Shown here piece by piece: positions 20,666-30,901 of a DNA stretch of 32,000 bases. The stretch's first letter is position 1, and every line of letters starts with the position of its first letter. Location of the stretch: the NCBI RefSeq assembly GCF_022701215.1, contig NZ_CP089976.1, forward strand, positions 990,001-1,022,000, written 5' to 3'. The DNA comes from Moraxella nasovis (lineage in GTDB: Bacteria; Pseudomonadota; Gammaproteobacteria; Pseudomonadales; Moraxellaceae). Under the pieces are notes generated by a model. It was not told the origin of the DNA. It saw only the letters and a list, made by a program, of their open reading frames with translations, and searched no databases. Both the position numbers and the translations under genes were made by a program.

Positions 20666-21853
20666 TTAGGTATTATTTAGGTCGGTTGAATCATCTTGTG
20701 ATGATTTAGGATAAATTTCACCATGTTTCACGTGAAACATCTGATAAGTTTTTAACGATGCATCTTTATGCTGCGTCCTAAGCTTTTGGGTGATAATATC
20801 ATTCATCTGTATATTTAGACTACTGATTATGATTTGACATGGTAGTTTTAACACCACATCAAGCAATGTATGCACAGCCTTATTATCAAGCTCAGCATCA
20901 ATATCGTCAATTAAAACCATAGGCATGGCTTTTGCATTCTCATGCTCACAAATCATATAAAGCTGCGACAGCCGAAGTGCTACGATGAGCAACTTTTTCT
21001 CGCCACGAGATAAGATATTTGCCGCCTGCTCACGCAATTTTTCGCCATGACTGACTTTTTTTAGCACCACTGATACATCTGCACGGTGTGCACCCACTCT
21101 GGTGTAGCCCAACTCAATATCACCACTAAGTCGTGACTTAAGCACCTCAAATAGCCCTTGTGTCGCATCAAAACCTGCCAAATAGTTTAATTCAATCTGG
21201 CCTTGATACTGTGGTAAAAGTCGCTCTAGCATGGATTGAAATATCATTTGCCAACGCTCAAACACAGCTTGGCGATGGGTGTGTAAATGATGAGCGTGAT
21301 ATGACAGCTGTCTATCCCATGCTACTAGCTCTTCTTGGCGACCAAGCACAGCTGGCGATTTTAATAAAGCATTTCGCTGCTTTAAAAGTCTTTGATAAGC
21401 AAGCCATTCAGGATAAAATTGCGATTCAAGATGAAAACAAAGCCAGTCTAATAACTGCCTGCGACTACCACTTCCCTCCTCTAAAATCGCCATTCCTGAC
21501 GGATCAATTAGCAGCGTCGGCAAGCGAAAGCTTAGCGTGCTTTGAGATGAGACATGAATATTATTAACTTTAAGCGTGGTTGTGGCAAGATGTGTTGCAT
21601 CCAGCGTCTTTTGCAAAGCAAATGTCGCACCATCGGCAGTGGCTGCCCATACCGTGCAAGTTTTGGTGTGATGCGTGATATAGCGTTTTGGCTCATGATG
21701 GCGGAACGTTTTTCCACGAGAAAGCAAAAACACCGCCTCAAGAAGCGATGTTTTGCCACTGCCATTTAACCCCACCATTAGGTTGCACGATGCCAGATTA
21801 AGACTGACATGTTTGATATTACGCAGCTGATGTACATTAATCTTGGTGATCAC
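20666..21853 (-). CDS. recF: DNA replication and repair protein RecF
   Basis: Walker A GLNGSGKTSLLEA and the SMC-like signature SRGEKKLL. I prefer the GTG start at 21853, 1 nt after the dnaN stop, because it places LRNI at the position of E. coli FRNI. The listed ATG at 21880 would overlap dnaN by 26 nt and add 9 residues. Confidence 0.85.
   Translation of the reverse strand: MITKINVHQLRNIKHVSLNLASCNLMVGLNGSGKTSLLEAVFLLSRGKTFRHHEPKRYITHHTKTCTVWAATADGATFALQKTLDATHLATTTLKVNNIHVSSQSTLSFRLPTLLIDPSGMAILEEGSGSRRQLLDWLCFHLESQFYPEWLAYQRLLKQRNALLKSPAVLGRQEELVAWDRQLSYHAHHLHTHRQAVFERWQMIFQSMLERLLPQYQGQIELNYLAGFDATQGLFEVLKSRLSGDIELGYTRVGAHRADVSVVLKKVSHGEKLREQAANILSRGEKKLLIVALRLSQLYMICEHENAKAMPMVLIDDIDAELDNKAVHTLLDVVLKLPCQIIISSLNIQMNDIITQKLRTQHKDASLKTYQMFHVKHGEIYPKSSQDDSTDLNNT
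20725..20738. repeat. 14-bp palindrome copy, perfect (GTTTCACGTGAAAC; the extended 18-bp ATGTTTCACGTGAAACAT spans 20723-20740)
   Basis: Lies inside recF, where it is translated as MFHVKH. Confidence 0.9.
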
Positions 21854-21854
21854 A

Positions 21855-23009
21855 TCACACTCGCATTGGCATAACGACATACAGATGATTCATTTCATCA
21901 TTCACCTGATGAATAAGCACAGGATTAACATCGCCTGTCATACCTAAATAAACTTGCCCCTCCAATGTTCTTAAAACAGCTCGTAAATACGCTTCGTTAA
22001 ATGATACCTCAAGTGGCTCACCTTGGTAATTCACGGGCAAAAATTCTTCTGCCTCTTCTTGATAACTATTTCGCACACTCACCTTTACCCTATCCAACTC
22101 TTTAAAGTCAAATAAAATACCAGGAGAGTCTTTGCTATTTAACACCGACAAGCGACGCATGACATTTACAAGCTCTTCTTTATTAAAGACGGCAGATCGA
22201 TTGGCATTTACTGCAATAACACGGCGATAGTCAGGGAATCGCCCCTCAATTAAGCGTGCGGTGAGCGTCGTACTAATACCACCAAGCTCGCCTTCATCGC
22301 TAAAGTTTAAGGAAACTTGTAAAAAGTCGTTATCAATGCCTAACACCACATCGCCTTCTTTACTTTCTTTGATTAAATCAGCAAGCAGCCTTTCAAGTTC
22401 AACGATTGCCTTACCTGGAACTATCACAGCCCATGAATCATAACTTTTAGATAACGCACGGTGAGCCACCGCCAGGCGATGCCCATCTGTTGCTACAGCA
22501 GTCAGCTTATCTTCATTAATCTCAAGCAGCATACCTGTTAAGTAATGACGAACATCTTGAGTTGCCATCGCAAATCGTGTATGTCCTAGCATCTCAAACA
22601 AATCAGTACGGTCAATACTTAGCGGCACAGTATTATTTGGCACACCAATACTTGGAAAATCCTGAGCAGGTCTGCTTTTTAGGTTATATTTACCCTTATC
22701 ACTACCAATAATACAACGTCCATCTTCAGCATCTATGGTTGCTATATCTCCTGCTAATGCTCGGCAAATACCAAAAAATTTCTCTGCTGGCAAAGTTGTA
22801 CTTCCTGCTTTGATACAAGCATTATCTGGCAGTCGCACTGTTGCTGTTAGCTCTACTTCTAGGTCGGATGCTGTTAACGTTAAGATATTAGGTTCTAAAA
22901 CAAGCTTAATATTTTCTAAGATAGCCACACGCTGATTGTGCTTATCAGCAATCTTTACCACCATGTTAATAGCATTAATAAGCAGGTCTTTTTGGATTGA
23001 TAATTTCAT
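21855..23009 (-). CDS. dnaN: DNA polymerase III beta sliding clamp
   Basis: 384 aa in the conserved position between dnaA and recF. The ends are typical: MKLSIQKDLL... and ...VVMPMRV. Confidence 0.95.
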   Translation of the reverse strand: MKLSIQKDLLINAINMVVKIADKHNQRVAILENIKLVLEPNILTLTASDLEVELTATVRLPDNACIKAGSTTLPAEKFFGICRALAGDIATIDAEDGRCIIGSDKGKYNLKSRPAQDFPSIGVPNNTVPLSIDRTDLFEMLGHTRFAMATQDVRHYLTGMLLEINEDKLTAVATDGHRLAVAHRALSKSYDSWAVIVPGKAIVELERLLADLIKESKEGDVVLGIDNDFLQVSLNFSDEGELGGISTTLTARLIEGRFPDYRRVIAVNANRSAVFNKEELVNVMRRLSVLNSKDSPGILFDFKELDRVKVSVRNSYQEEAEEFLPVNYQGEPLEVSFNEAYLRAVLRTLEGQVYLGMTGDVNPVLIHQVNDEMNHLYVVMPMRV

Positions 23010-23084
23010 AATATTGTCTCGATTTTAATCAAATAATGGTATATTTTAGCACGCCTTACAGTCACTTAACACACCCAGCATCGC

Positions 23085-24506
23085 TTAAGCAAACTCTAAA
23101 GTTGCCTTTAAAGATGAGTAGTCCTTAAGAACTTTGGGATCTTCATCACACAGCTCTTTAATTTTTTCGCATGCATGCATGACTGTTGAGTGGTCTCGTC
23201 CGCCAAATGCTTGACCAATTTCAGGAAAGCTATCTTTGGTTAGATCCCGAATTAACGCCATTGCCATTTGGCGTGGTCGTGCAATATTTCTAGCACGCTT
23301 TTTACCCATTAAATCTTTCACCGAAACGCCATAATACTCAGCCACCACTTCACGAATATTTTCAGCGTTGACCGCTCGGGCGCGAGCCTCGATATGATCT
23401 TTAATGGCATGCTTTACAAGTGGTAATGTAATAGCTTCTTTTGAATAAATCACGCTAGCACGCACTTGATTTAATGCCCCTTCAAGGCGACGAACGTCTG
23501 GCGGTACGTTTTGAGCAATAAACAGTGCACATTCTTTTGGCAAATCAACCTGCCAAAGACTGGCTTTTTTTTCCAAAATCTGAACTCGCATCTCAATATC
23601 TGGCGGCTCAATCGCTACTGTCACACCACTTGAAAACCGTGATACGAAACGATCCTCAAATCCTTCCATCTGAGAAGGCTGACGATCTGACGCCAAAATC
23701 AGTCTTTTTTTGCCGTTTGTAAATTCAGTAAACAGTGTTAATAAAAGCTGTGACACTTTCGGGGCTTTTTTATTATTAATTAAATGCACATCATCAACAA
23801 TTAACAAGTCTGCTTTACAAATGCGTTTAATCAAGGCATCTGTCTTACCCTCACCACCACGCAACGCCTCCACCGTTTCTTCAAAAAAACGATCTTTAGT
23901 GAAGTAACAGTAACTTAGCCCTGCTTTTTGGTAACGGTGAGCCACTGCGTGCATTAAATGCGTCTTACCCAATCCTGATGATCCATAGATAAAATACAGC
24001 GTGTAGTCGCTTTGTCCCATTTTTTTAGATAAATCATGACAAACATTATAAGCAGTCGCATTAGATTTACCCTTTACGAACGCATCAAAAGTAAATCTTT
24101 CTTCAATTTGCATACCTTCTGCAATCTGCGTAACCGTCTTACCTCGTTTAGCAGGCACACTCTTTTGATTTGACTGGGTGTCTTGAAATACTGCAATTTG
24201 CACATCAGAGAACATACCTTGGGCGTGCTTTGACACCAAGCGATGCAGCTCTTTTAGATAATGCGTCTTAATATGCTTCACAAAAAACGAGTTGATTGTC
24301 TGCAATATGAGTACATCGCCGACTATCTTTGGGTTTAGTGATGCAAGCCATGTGGAGTATTCTGAATTACCCACACTTTCTTGAATCTCAGCTGTACACG
24401 CTTGCCAAAATGCCATTGACCCAGCTGGCTTGACCGCCTTATCAAGCTTCTCAAGTTTTTTAACTTTCGGTTCATCAAGCTCTGTATCATCAAAAAGCGA
24501 CATCAT
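23085..24506 (-). CDS. dnaA: chromosomal replication initiator DnaA
   Basis: AAA+ Walker A GSSGLGKTHL, Walker B LLIVDDVH, and the DNA-binding helix GGRDHSTVMHA. The start is set at ATG 24506 (MMSLFDD), which has a GGAG SD about 9 nt upstream. The listed ATG at 24584 adds 26 odd residues, and 24503 is also possible. Confidence 0.93.
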   Translation of the reverse strand: MMSLFDDTELDEPKVKKLEKLDKAVKPAGSMAFWQACTAEIQESVGNSEYSTWLASLNPKIVGDVLILQTINSFFVKHIKTHYLKELHRLVSKHAQGMFSDVQIAVFQDTQSNQKSVPAKRGKTVTQIAEGMQIEERFTFDAFVKGKSNATAYNVCHDLSKKMGQSDYTLYFIYGSSGLGKTHLMHAVAHRYQKAGLSYCYFTKDRFFEETVEALRGGEGKTDALIKRICKADLLIVDDVHLINNKKAPKVSQLLLTLFTEFTNGKKRLILASDRQPSQMEGFEDRFVSRFSSGVTVAIEPPDIEMRVQILEKKASLWQVDLPKECALFIAQNVPPDVRRLEGALNQVRASVIYSKEAITLPLVKHAIKDHIEARARAVNAENIREVVAEYYGVSVKDLMGKKRARNIARPRQMAMALIRDLTKDSFPEIGQAFGGRDHSTVMHACEKIKELCDEDPKVLKDYSSLKATLEFA

Positions 24507-24646
24507 GCCACAATACTCCAAAAAAAACACCCTTAACGGTTCAGCTAAGACTAAGTCACTCAATTTACATGAGTTCATACACAAATATCATTAAGTGCAT
24601 ATAGTAACACAGCTTAAATCAATAGCCAAGAATTTTTGATTAAAAT

Positions 24647-24853
24647 TGTGGATAACTTTATGGAAAACTCTGTTTATAACTTTATCAACAGAGTTTTCCA
24701 CAGTTTATTGACAAAGTTTAAACAAATTTTTCCACAATATAAGTTAATGTTTTTAAATAAATTAATTAACTTTTCCACAATTTTAGTATCTCTTTATTAT
24801 TATTATATTCTCTATTTATTTTAAGAATAAGAAAATTAAAAATCTGTGGATAA
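24647..24853. other. candidate oriC: DnaA boxes plus an AT-rich unwinding region in the dnaA-rpmH spacer
   Basis: Perfect TTATCCACA boxes in reverse orientation at 24647-24655 and 24845-24853. One-mismatch TTTTCCACA boxes at 24694-24702, 24728-24736 and 24771-24779. 24781-24840 is about 12% GC by hand count, with repeated CTCT(T/A)TTTATT-like elements. Gene orientation diverges here. Confidence 0.7.
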
Positions 24854-24974
24854 CATTTTAAATTTTGTAATTTTTGCTAAAAAATAAAGGCATAAAATCT
24901 GTTCTTAGGACATCTATATAACACCATATTAGTACCACCAATAAGATGCGATTATCACTAAAAACAAAAAAATA

Positions 24975-25003
24975 TTTGACCTTAAAAATCATTTTTAGTA
25001 TAA
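24975..25003 (+). promoter_or_regulatory. strong sigma70 promoter for rpmH-rnpA
   Basis: TTGACC (24975-24980), a 17-nt spacer, then TATAAT (24998-25003). Confidence 0.65.
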
Positions 25004-25067
25004 TGAGTAAGATTTTTGCTAATCTTAGGCAAAAAGAATTTAAATTTGTCATTCATTAGTGACTTAA

Positions 25068-25262
<195 letters not shown>

Positions 25263-25277
25263 ACGATCGATGAATAA

Positions 25278-25306
25278 AAAGCACCACATTGATGGTGCTT
25301 TTTTTA
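25278..25306 (+). terminator. hairpin plus T-run between rpmH and rnpA (attenuator or partial terminator)
   Basis: GCACCA-CATTGA-TGGTGC followed by TTTTTTT. Confidence 0.55.
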
Positions 25307-25329
25307 ATGATGTTTAGTGGTCCTAAAAC

Positions 25330-25686
25330 ATGAAGAAAAATTCTTTTAGTAAGTCGCAACGAATTTTAACGCCAGATGAATATAAATTGGTTTTTAATAA
25401 GCCGATTAAGAAAATCCACAGCGATCATCTACTTTTATTTGTCCAAAAAAACAATACCAAGAAGCCACGACTTGGGCTTGCCATTACCAAAAAAAAACTA
25501 AAGCACGCAGTGATGAGAAACTGGACCAAAAGGCTGGCTCGAGAGTATTTTCGCCATGTAGCCTTAGAGATTGGGTCAGTTGATGTGGTATTGATTGTCA
25601 AAAAAAGCTTTACCAAAGAGTGTGATATTCATGGTGAATTAAATCATTTATTTGGCAAACTACGTACTTATCACCCAGCATCATGA
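25330..25686 (+). CDS. rnpA: ribonuclease P protein component
   Basis: 118 aa, basic, in the conserved position after rpmH. The RNR-like region is [22 protein letters not shown]. Confidence 0.9.
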   Translation: MKKNSFSKSQRILTPDEYKLVFNKPIKKIHSDHLLLFVQKNNTKKPRLGLAITKKKLKHAVMRNWTKRLAREYFRHVALEIGSVDVVLIVKKSFTKECDIHGELNHLFGKLRTYHPAS

Positions 25687-26030
25687 CTATCTTTGGGCGT
25701 ATTATACTAAGGTGTATTTGGTTTTATCAAAAGGCGATTAGTCCTATGATACCTGCCAGATGTCGCTATTATCCAACTTGCTCGCATTATGCAAAGACTG
25801 CCATTTTGTGGCATGGTTTTGGACGTGGCGGAAAGCTTGCCATAAGACGCATCTTACGGTGCCACCCTTGGGGTGGTCATGGTATAGATTTTGTGCCACT
25901 GCCATTTTACCATTATCAATTTTTAAAGGCGAATGCTCAAATCATCGCCTGTTATCAAACCTATGTTTTTAAAGATGCTTTTAGCTATGCGTCTCGGTTG
26001 TCGCATATTTATACAGCTACCAAGCCTTAA
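25683..26030 (+). CDS. yidD: membrane protein insertion efficiency factor YidD, with a C-terminal extension
   Basis: [27 protein letters not shown]...[17 protein letters not shown] is the YidD signature. The start overlaps the rnpA stop (ATGA). At 115 aa it is longer than the ~70-85 aa I recall as typical. Confidence 0.85.
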   Translation: MTIFGRIILRCIWFYQKAISPMIPARCRYYPTCSHYAKTAILWHGFGRGGKLAIRRILRCHPWGGHGIDFVPLPFYHYQFLKANAQIIACYQTYVFKDAFSYASRLSHIYTATKP

Positions 26031-26168
26031 AATTTATGTGATTAAAATAATTTCTAGGATTTTACCCCAAACTTTAGTAGAATGGGCGGTTTATTTAGAA
26101 TTTTGATTGGTAAAAGTGCGTTTCGTGTGCTTTGGCGTGCGTATTTTAACTAAGCTTAGGACAATGTT

Positions 26169-27824
26169 ATGCAAAAAATTCTTCGAATTTTGATCATTAT
26201 TGCCATGTTAATTACAGCGTACTTGCTGATTTTGGCTTGGCGTGACGATCAAGTGAATCAACCTGTGGTTAATCATCAAATAGCAACGGTGCAAGGCAGT
26301 GATATTCCTGCGACGGCAGTAAATGGCGATGTGCCTGTTACATCAGGTGCTAAACCAAGTGTTTTGGCGTCCAGCCATCAGATGATTCATGTCTCTACAG
26401 ATTATTATGATATACAGATCGATCCTGTTGGGGGTGATGTTGTTCATGCGGCCCTTAAAAAGCATGCTGCTACATTAAATAGCGATCAGCCATTTGTATT
26501 GCTTGAAAATAACAGTACACGTACTTATGTTGCACAGTCTGGTCTTGTTGGTAGAGATGGGATTGATACTGCAGATGGACGTGCTGTTTATACCACGCCC
26601 CAATCAAGCTATGCCATGGCAACAGATGCAGATACGCTACAGGTGCCTTTAACCTATCAAAAAGATGGCGTAACCATTACCAAAACTTATACTTTTACTA
26701 AGGGTCAGTACCCTATTAATGTAAGTTATAACATTAATAATGTGTCAAATCAAGCGTGGCAAGGGCAGATGTATGCTCAGCTAAAGCGTGACGAAAGCTC
26801 AGATCCTGGTATGGAGAATAAGGGCTTTATGAGTATGGCGACCTATCTTGGTGGGGCGTGGGGCGTACCTGAAGAACCTTATAATAAGCTAAAATTTAAA
26901 AGCTTTGATGATGGCAAGCTAAATGCGGTCAGTAAAGATGGCTGGGTTGGTATCGTCCAGCATTACTTTGTGTCAGCTTGGACGCCGGGCGATTTTGATG
27001 GGCAGTTTTTTAGCCGTGTTAATGGTGGTAATCACTTTATTGGCTTTAATAGCCCAGTACTGAACGTCGCACCTGGTAAGCAAATCACTTTAGATGCTAC
27101 GCTGTATGCAGGACCAAAAGAACAAGACAAGCTGGCTACGGTTGCAACAGGTCTTGAGCAGACGGTTGATTATGGCATACTGTGGCCAATTTCTAAGGTG
27201 TTATTTGCTGTGCTTGAAGCCTTGCATAAAGTGCTAGGCAACTGGGGCTGGGCAATTATTGGCTTAACACTGCTTATTAAAATCGCATTATTTTGGCTAT
27301 CTAATAAGAGCTATGTTTCGATGGCAAAAATGCGTGCCATCGCCCCAAAAATGCAATCTCTTAAAGAAAAGCATGGTGATGATCGCATGGCGATGAGCCA
27401 AGAAATGATGCAGCTTTATCGTGACGAGAAAGTCAATCCGATGGCAGGATGTTTACCAATATTTATGCAGATGCCTATTTTTCTAGCTTTATATTGGTGC
27501 TTGGTAGAGAGCGTTGAGTTGCGCCATGCCCCTTGGATTTTATGGATTAAAGATTTATCAGCAATGGACCCATGGTTTATCTTACCAATCTTTATGATGG
27601 CAACCATGTTTGTTCAGCAGATGCTAAATCCACAACCAACTGATCCGATGCAAGCTAAAATGATGAAAATCATGCCACTGATTTTTGGTGCGTTTATGCT
27701 GTTTTTCCCTGCAGGTCTTGTGCTGTACTGGACGGTGAATAACTTATTTAGCATGACACATCAGCATTTAGTAAATAAGCGTGTTGAGCGTGAAATGAGA
27801 GCAAAAAATATGGCGCAATCATAA
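26169..27824 (+). CDS. yidC: membrane protein insertase YidC
   Basis: 551 aa with an N-terminal TM, a large periplasmic domain and the conserved C-terminal core: GWAIIGLTLLIKIALFWLS, MQLYRDEKVNPMAGCLP, PAGLVLYW. Confidence 0.95.
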   Translation: MQKILRILIIIAMLITAYLLILAWRDDQVNQPVVNHQIATVQGSDIPATAVNGDVPVTSGAKPSVLASSHQMIHVSTDYYDIQIDPVGGDVVHAALKKHAATLNSDQPFVLLENNSTRTYVAQSGLVGRDGIDTADGRAVYTTPQSSYAMATDADTLQVPLTYQKDGVTITKTYTFTKGQYPINVSYNINNVSNQAWQGQMYAQLKRDESSDPGMENKGFMSMATYLGGAWGVPEEPYNKLKFKSFDDGKLNAVSKDGWVGIVQHYFVSAWTPGDFDGQFFSRVNGGNHFIGFNSPVLNVAPGKQITLDATLYAGPKEQDKLATVATGLEQTVDYGILWPISKVLFAVLEALHKVLGNWGWAIIGLTLLIKIALFWLSNKSYVSMAKMRAIAPKMQSLKEKHGDDRMAMSQEMMQLYRDEKVNPMAGCLPIFMQMPIFLALYWCLVESVELRHAPWILWIKDLSAMDPWFILPIFMMATMFVQQMLNPQPTDPMQAKMMKIMPLIFGAFMLFFPAGLVLYWTVNNLFSMTHQHLVNKRVEREMRAKNMAQS

Positions 27825-27842
27825 AGTTAAATGATTGCCATA

Positions 27843-27877
27843 AAATCTGCCGATCTTATTGGTCGGCAGATTTTTTA
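27843..27877 (+). terminator. Rho-independent terminator after yidC
   Basis: AAATCTGCCGA-TCTTATTGG-TCGGCAGATTT followed by a T-run. Confidence 0.75.
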
Positions 27878-27951
27878 TTTTTAGATGAAAATTTCACAAT
27901 AAAACCAAAAAGATGATAAAATGAAAGGTTAACTTTATTTATGGTAATACA

Positions 27952-29391
27952 ATGACTCAGCTTCCTACTATCTCAGCCATTGCCACGCCCACAGGTCAAG
28001 GGGGTGTTGGTATTATTCGATTATCTGGCGGTAAGGCGTATGATATTGGGCTTGCTATAACAGGCAAGAATTCATTAAAGCCACGTCATGCTCACTTTGT
28101 GAAGTTTTATGGCGAAGGTAGTACTGTCATTGATGAGGGTGTGGTGATTTATTTTAATGCACCGCATTCATTTACAGGCGAAGATGTCGTAGAGCTACAA
28201 GGCCATGGCGGTATGGTACTACAAAACCTACTGCTTGCTAGAACCTTTGAGCTTGGTGCAAGACAGGCTGCAGCTGGCGAATTTTCAATGCGTGCCTTTG
28301 ATAATGACAAGCTTGATTTGGTGCAGGCTGAGGCAATTAGTGATGCAATCAGTGCCACTACTGCAGCTGAAGCGATGAGTGCCATACGCTCATTGTCGGG
28401 CGAGTTTTCAGCATTAATTAATGATTTGCAAGATGATATTATTAATTTACGACTGTATGTGGAGGCAAGCATTGATTTTAGTGATGAAGAAGATGTGGAT
28501 TTTTTGTCAGATGGGGTAATTTTAAAGCGGCTAAACGACATTTTACAGGTGATGGATGCTATTTTGGCAACTGCCAAACAAGGTCAGATTTTAAAAGATG
28601 GTGTTCATGTGGTGTTGGCAGGCAAGCCAAACGCAGGCAAGTCAAGTCTGTTAAATCGATTAGCAAAAACAGATCGTGCCATCGTCACTGATATTGCAGG
28701 GACAACTCGAGATACACTAGAAGAAACATTGGTGCTAAATGGATTGAAAATTCATCTAACTGATACAGCAGGCTTAAGAGATACGAAAGATAAGGTAGAA
28801 AAAATCGGCATTGATAGGGCAAAGGCTGCTATTAATCAAGCTGATATTTTAATCTTGGTTTATGATGTTTGTACAGATGAAGATCCTATTAGGCTTGCCG
28901 TTGAGTTATTTGCCAATCATGATGTGCTGTATTTTCAAGAAAATATCGCTCATAGACTTATGTTGGTGGCAAATAAGTGCGATTTATTAGATGTTTCACG
29001 TGAAACAAAACAAAAAGACTTAACGGGGTTATTAAATGCCAACCTAGAATGGTCTAATGAGTTAAATATTGTGGATTTGACTGATGATATTGTCTATGTT
29101 TCATGTGAAACAGGTGAGGGGATAGATGGGCTAAGTCAGTCTTTATGCCAGAAAGTGGGCTTTTACCCATCTGAGAATAGTTTGATTGCACGCACACGTC
29201 ATTTAGATGCCATTAGTCGTGCCAAGTTTTATGCTGATGAAGCTAAAACGCAGCTGACCGTTTTTCATGCAGGCGAGTTGGTTGCAGAAAGTCTAAGACT
29301 GTCTGCTCAATCACTTGGTGAGATTACAGGTCAGGTAAGTAGTGATGAGCTTTTAGGTAAGATTTTTTCAAGCTTTTGTATAGGAAAATAG
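27952..29391 (+). CDS. mnmE: tRNA modification GTPase MnmE (TrmE)
   Basis: 479 aa with N-terminal IATPTGQGGVGIIRLSG, G-domain motifs GKPNAGKSSLLN and DTAGLR, NKCD, and the C-terminal FCIGK. Confidence 0.95.
   Translation: MTQLPTISAIATPTGQGGVGIIRLSGGKAYDIGLAITGKNSLKPRHAHFVKFYGEGSTVIDEGVVIYFNAPHSFTGEDVVELQGHGGMVLQNLLLARTFELGARQAAAGEFSMRAFDNDKLDLVQAEAISDAISATTAAEAMSAIRSLSGEFSALINDLQDDIINLRLYVEASIDFSDEEDVDFLSDGVILKRLNDILQVMDAILATAKQGQILKDGVHVVLAGKPNAGKSSLLNRLAKTDRAIVTDIAGTTRDTLEETLVLNGLKIHLTDTAGLRDTKDKVEKIGIDRAKAAINQADILILVYDVCTDEDPIRLAVELFANHDVLYFQENIAHRLMLVANKCDLLDVSRETKQKDLTGLLNANLEWSNELNIVDLTDDIVYVSCETGEGIDGLSQSLCQKVGFYPSENSLIARTRHLDAISRAKFYADEAKTQLTVFHAGELVAESLRLSAQSLGEITGQVSSDELLGKIFSSFCIGK
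28993..29006. repeat. 14-bp palindrome copy, perfect (GTTTCACGTGAAAC)
   Basis: Lies inside mnmE, where it is translated as VSRET. Confidence 0.9.
29098..29111. repeat. 14-bp palindrome copy, central variant (GTTTCATGTGAAAC)
   Basis: Lies inside mnmE, about 100 nt from the previous copy, and is translated as VSCET. Confidence 0.8.
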
Positions 29392-29393
29392 TC

Positions 29394-29861
29394 GTGCATT
29401 GTCCTTTTTGTAGTGCTTGTGAGACCAAAGTAATTGATTCTAGACTGTGTGCAGATGGATTTCAAGTCCGCCGACGCCGACATTGTTTAGAGTGCTGCGA
29501 AAGATTTACCACCTTTGAGGTGATGGAGGTGGTTATGCCTAGAATTGTCAAGGCTAGTACTAAGATTGAGCCTTATGATGCCGCCAAATTACGACGATCC
29601 ATCTCTTTACCTCTGCAAAAACGCCCTATAAGCATTGATGAGATTGAGGCGATGATTAGCCGTATTGAAAAAACGCTGCGACAGACAGGCGAGCGTGAGA
29701 TTAGCTCAAAACAGCTTGGCGAGATTGTGATGAATGAGTTAAAAGCCATCGATGACGTGGCGTATGTGCGATTTGCCAGTGTGTATCGGGATTTTCAAGA
29801 TTTAGAAGCTTTTAAAGCTGAGCTTGCTAATATCAAACCTAAAGGCGATAGCCATGACTGA
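29394..29861 (+). CDS. nrdR: transcriptional repressor NrdR
   Basis: A GTG start at 29394 gives (M)HCPFCSACETKVIDSRL, the NrdR zinc ribbon (CPFC...CLEC), followed by an ATP-cone. An AGGA SD lies 8 nt upstream. The start is 2 nt after the mnmE stop. Confidence 0.9.
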   Translation: MHCPFCSACETKVIDSRLCADGFQVRRRRHCLECCERFTTFEVMEVVMPRIVKASTKIEPYDAAKLRRSISLPLQKRPISIDEIEAMISRIEKTLRQTGEREISSKQLGEIVMNELKAIDDVAYVRFASVYRDFQDLEAFKAELANIKPKGDSHD

Positions 29862-30900
29862 TAGTAGTGATTATACATTTATGCAAGCTGCCTTAGGTCT
29901 TGCCAAAAAAGGACTGTATACCACTCGCCCTAACCCTTGTGTTGGTTGTGTTATTGTTAAGGATAACTTAATAATCGGACAAGGTTTTCACCCTAAAGCA
30001 GGACTGCCACATGCCGAAATTTACGCCTTAAATGACGCTAAAGCACATGGGTATGATATAAAAGGAGCGACTGCGTATGTAACGCTTGAGCCGTGTAGTC
30101 ATTATGGGCAAACCCCACCTTGTAGTAAAGCACTGATAGAAAGTGGTATCAATAAGGTGATTATCGCTACTTTTGATCCTAATCCGCAAGTGGCAGGTCG
30201 TGGCATATCTATGCTACAAAATGCAGGTATTGACACGCAAATAGGCGTGTGTGAGCGTGAAGCACGCAAGCTTAATGCAGGGTTTTTAAAGGCGATGGCA
30301 ACAGGTTTGCCATATGTACGCGTCAAAATTGCCACAAGCCTAGATGGCCGCACAGCGATGGCAAGCGGTGAGTCAAAATGGATTACAGGTGAGATGGCAC
30401 GAATAGATGTGCAAAAGCTTCGTGCTAGAAGTGGGGCTATTATTACAGGTTCAAGGACGGTTTTGGCGGACAATCCTGCATTAACGGTTCGTCTTGACAC
30501 GCTTGATTTGGTAAATATTTCGCCACCTAAAATTGTGGTGATGGACAGAACGGGTAAATTAAAAAATACCGATAATTATCAGGTATTTAACAATAAAAAC
30601 ACCCTACTTTGGCAAGATGATATTAAGAGTTTGCTGCAAACATTAGTAAGTGAGTATCAATGCTATGACGTGCTTGTAGAGGCAGGCAGTACACTTGCCA
30701 CGAGTTTTTTGATAGCAGGATTTGTTGATGAGCTGATTGTGTATCAAGCCCCTTGTTTGCTTGGTAAAACAGCAAGGGCGATGTTTGATGGTAAATTTGA
30801 TCAGTTAGCCGACAGATTAAGCTTTAATTTAGAGAGCTGTGAGCGATTAGGTGATGATTTAAAAATGACATTTGGGCAAAAACCACAGTGTCGTAAATGA
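29854..30900 (+). CDS. ribD: bifunctional riboflavin biosynthesis protein RibD (deaminase/reductase)
   Basis: Deaminase zinc motifs HAEIYAL and LEPCSHYGQTPPC, then the reductase domain. The start at ATG 29854 (MTDSSDYTFMQAAL) overlaps the nrdR stop (ATGACTGA). Confidence 0.92.
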   Translation: MTDSSDYTFMQAALGLAKKGLYTTRPNPCVGCVIVKDNLIIGQGFHPKAGLPHAEIYALNDAKAHGYDIKGATAYVTLEPCSHYGQTPPCSKALIESGINKVIIATFDPNPQVAGRGISMLQNAGIDTQIGVCEREARKLNAGFLKAMATGLPYVRVKIATSLDGRTAMASGESKWITGEMARIDVQKLRARSGAIITGSRTVLADNPALTVRLDTLDLVNISPPKIVVMDRTGKLKNTDNYQVFNNKNTLLWQDDIKSLLQTLVSEYQCYDVLVEAGSTLATSFLIAGFVDELIVYQAPCLLGKTARAMFDGKFDQLADRLSFNLESCERLGDDLKMTFGQKPQCRK

Positions 30901-30901
30901 G

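Noticed and set aside
24636-25052. ORFs 24636-24824 (+) and 24858-25052 (-) in the dnaA-rpmH spacer
   Set aside because: Their translations are low-complexity and Ile/Leu/Phe/Lys/Asn/Tyr-rich, coming from about 12-25% GC DNA that contains the DnaA boxes and the rpmH promoter. They have no SD and are best explained as non-coding origin sequence.
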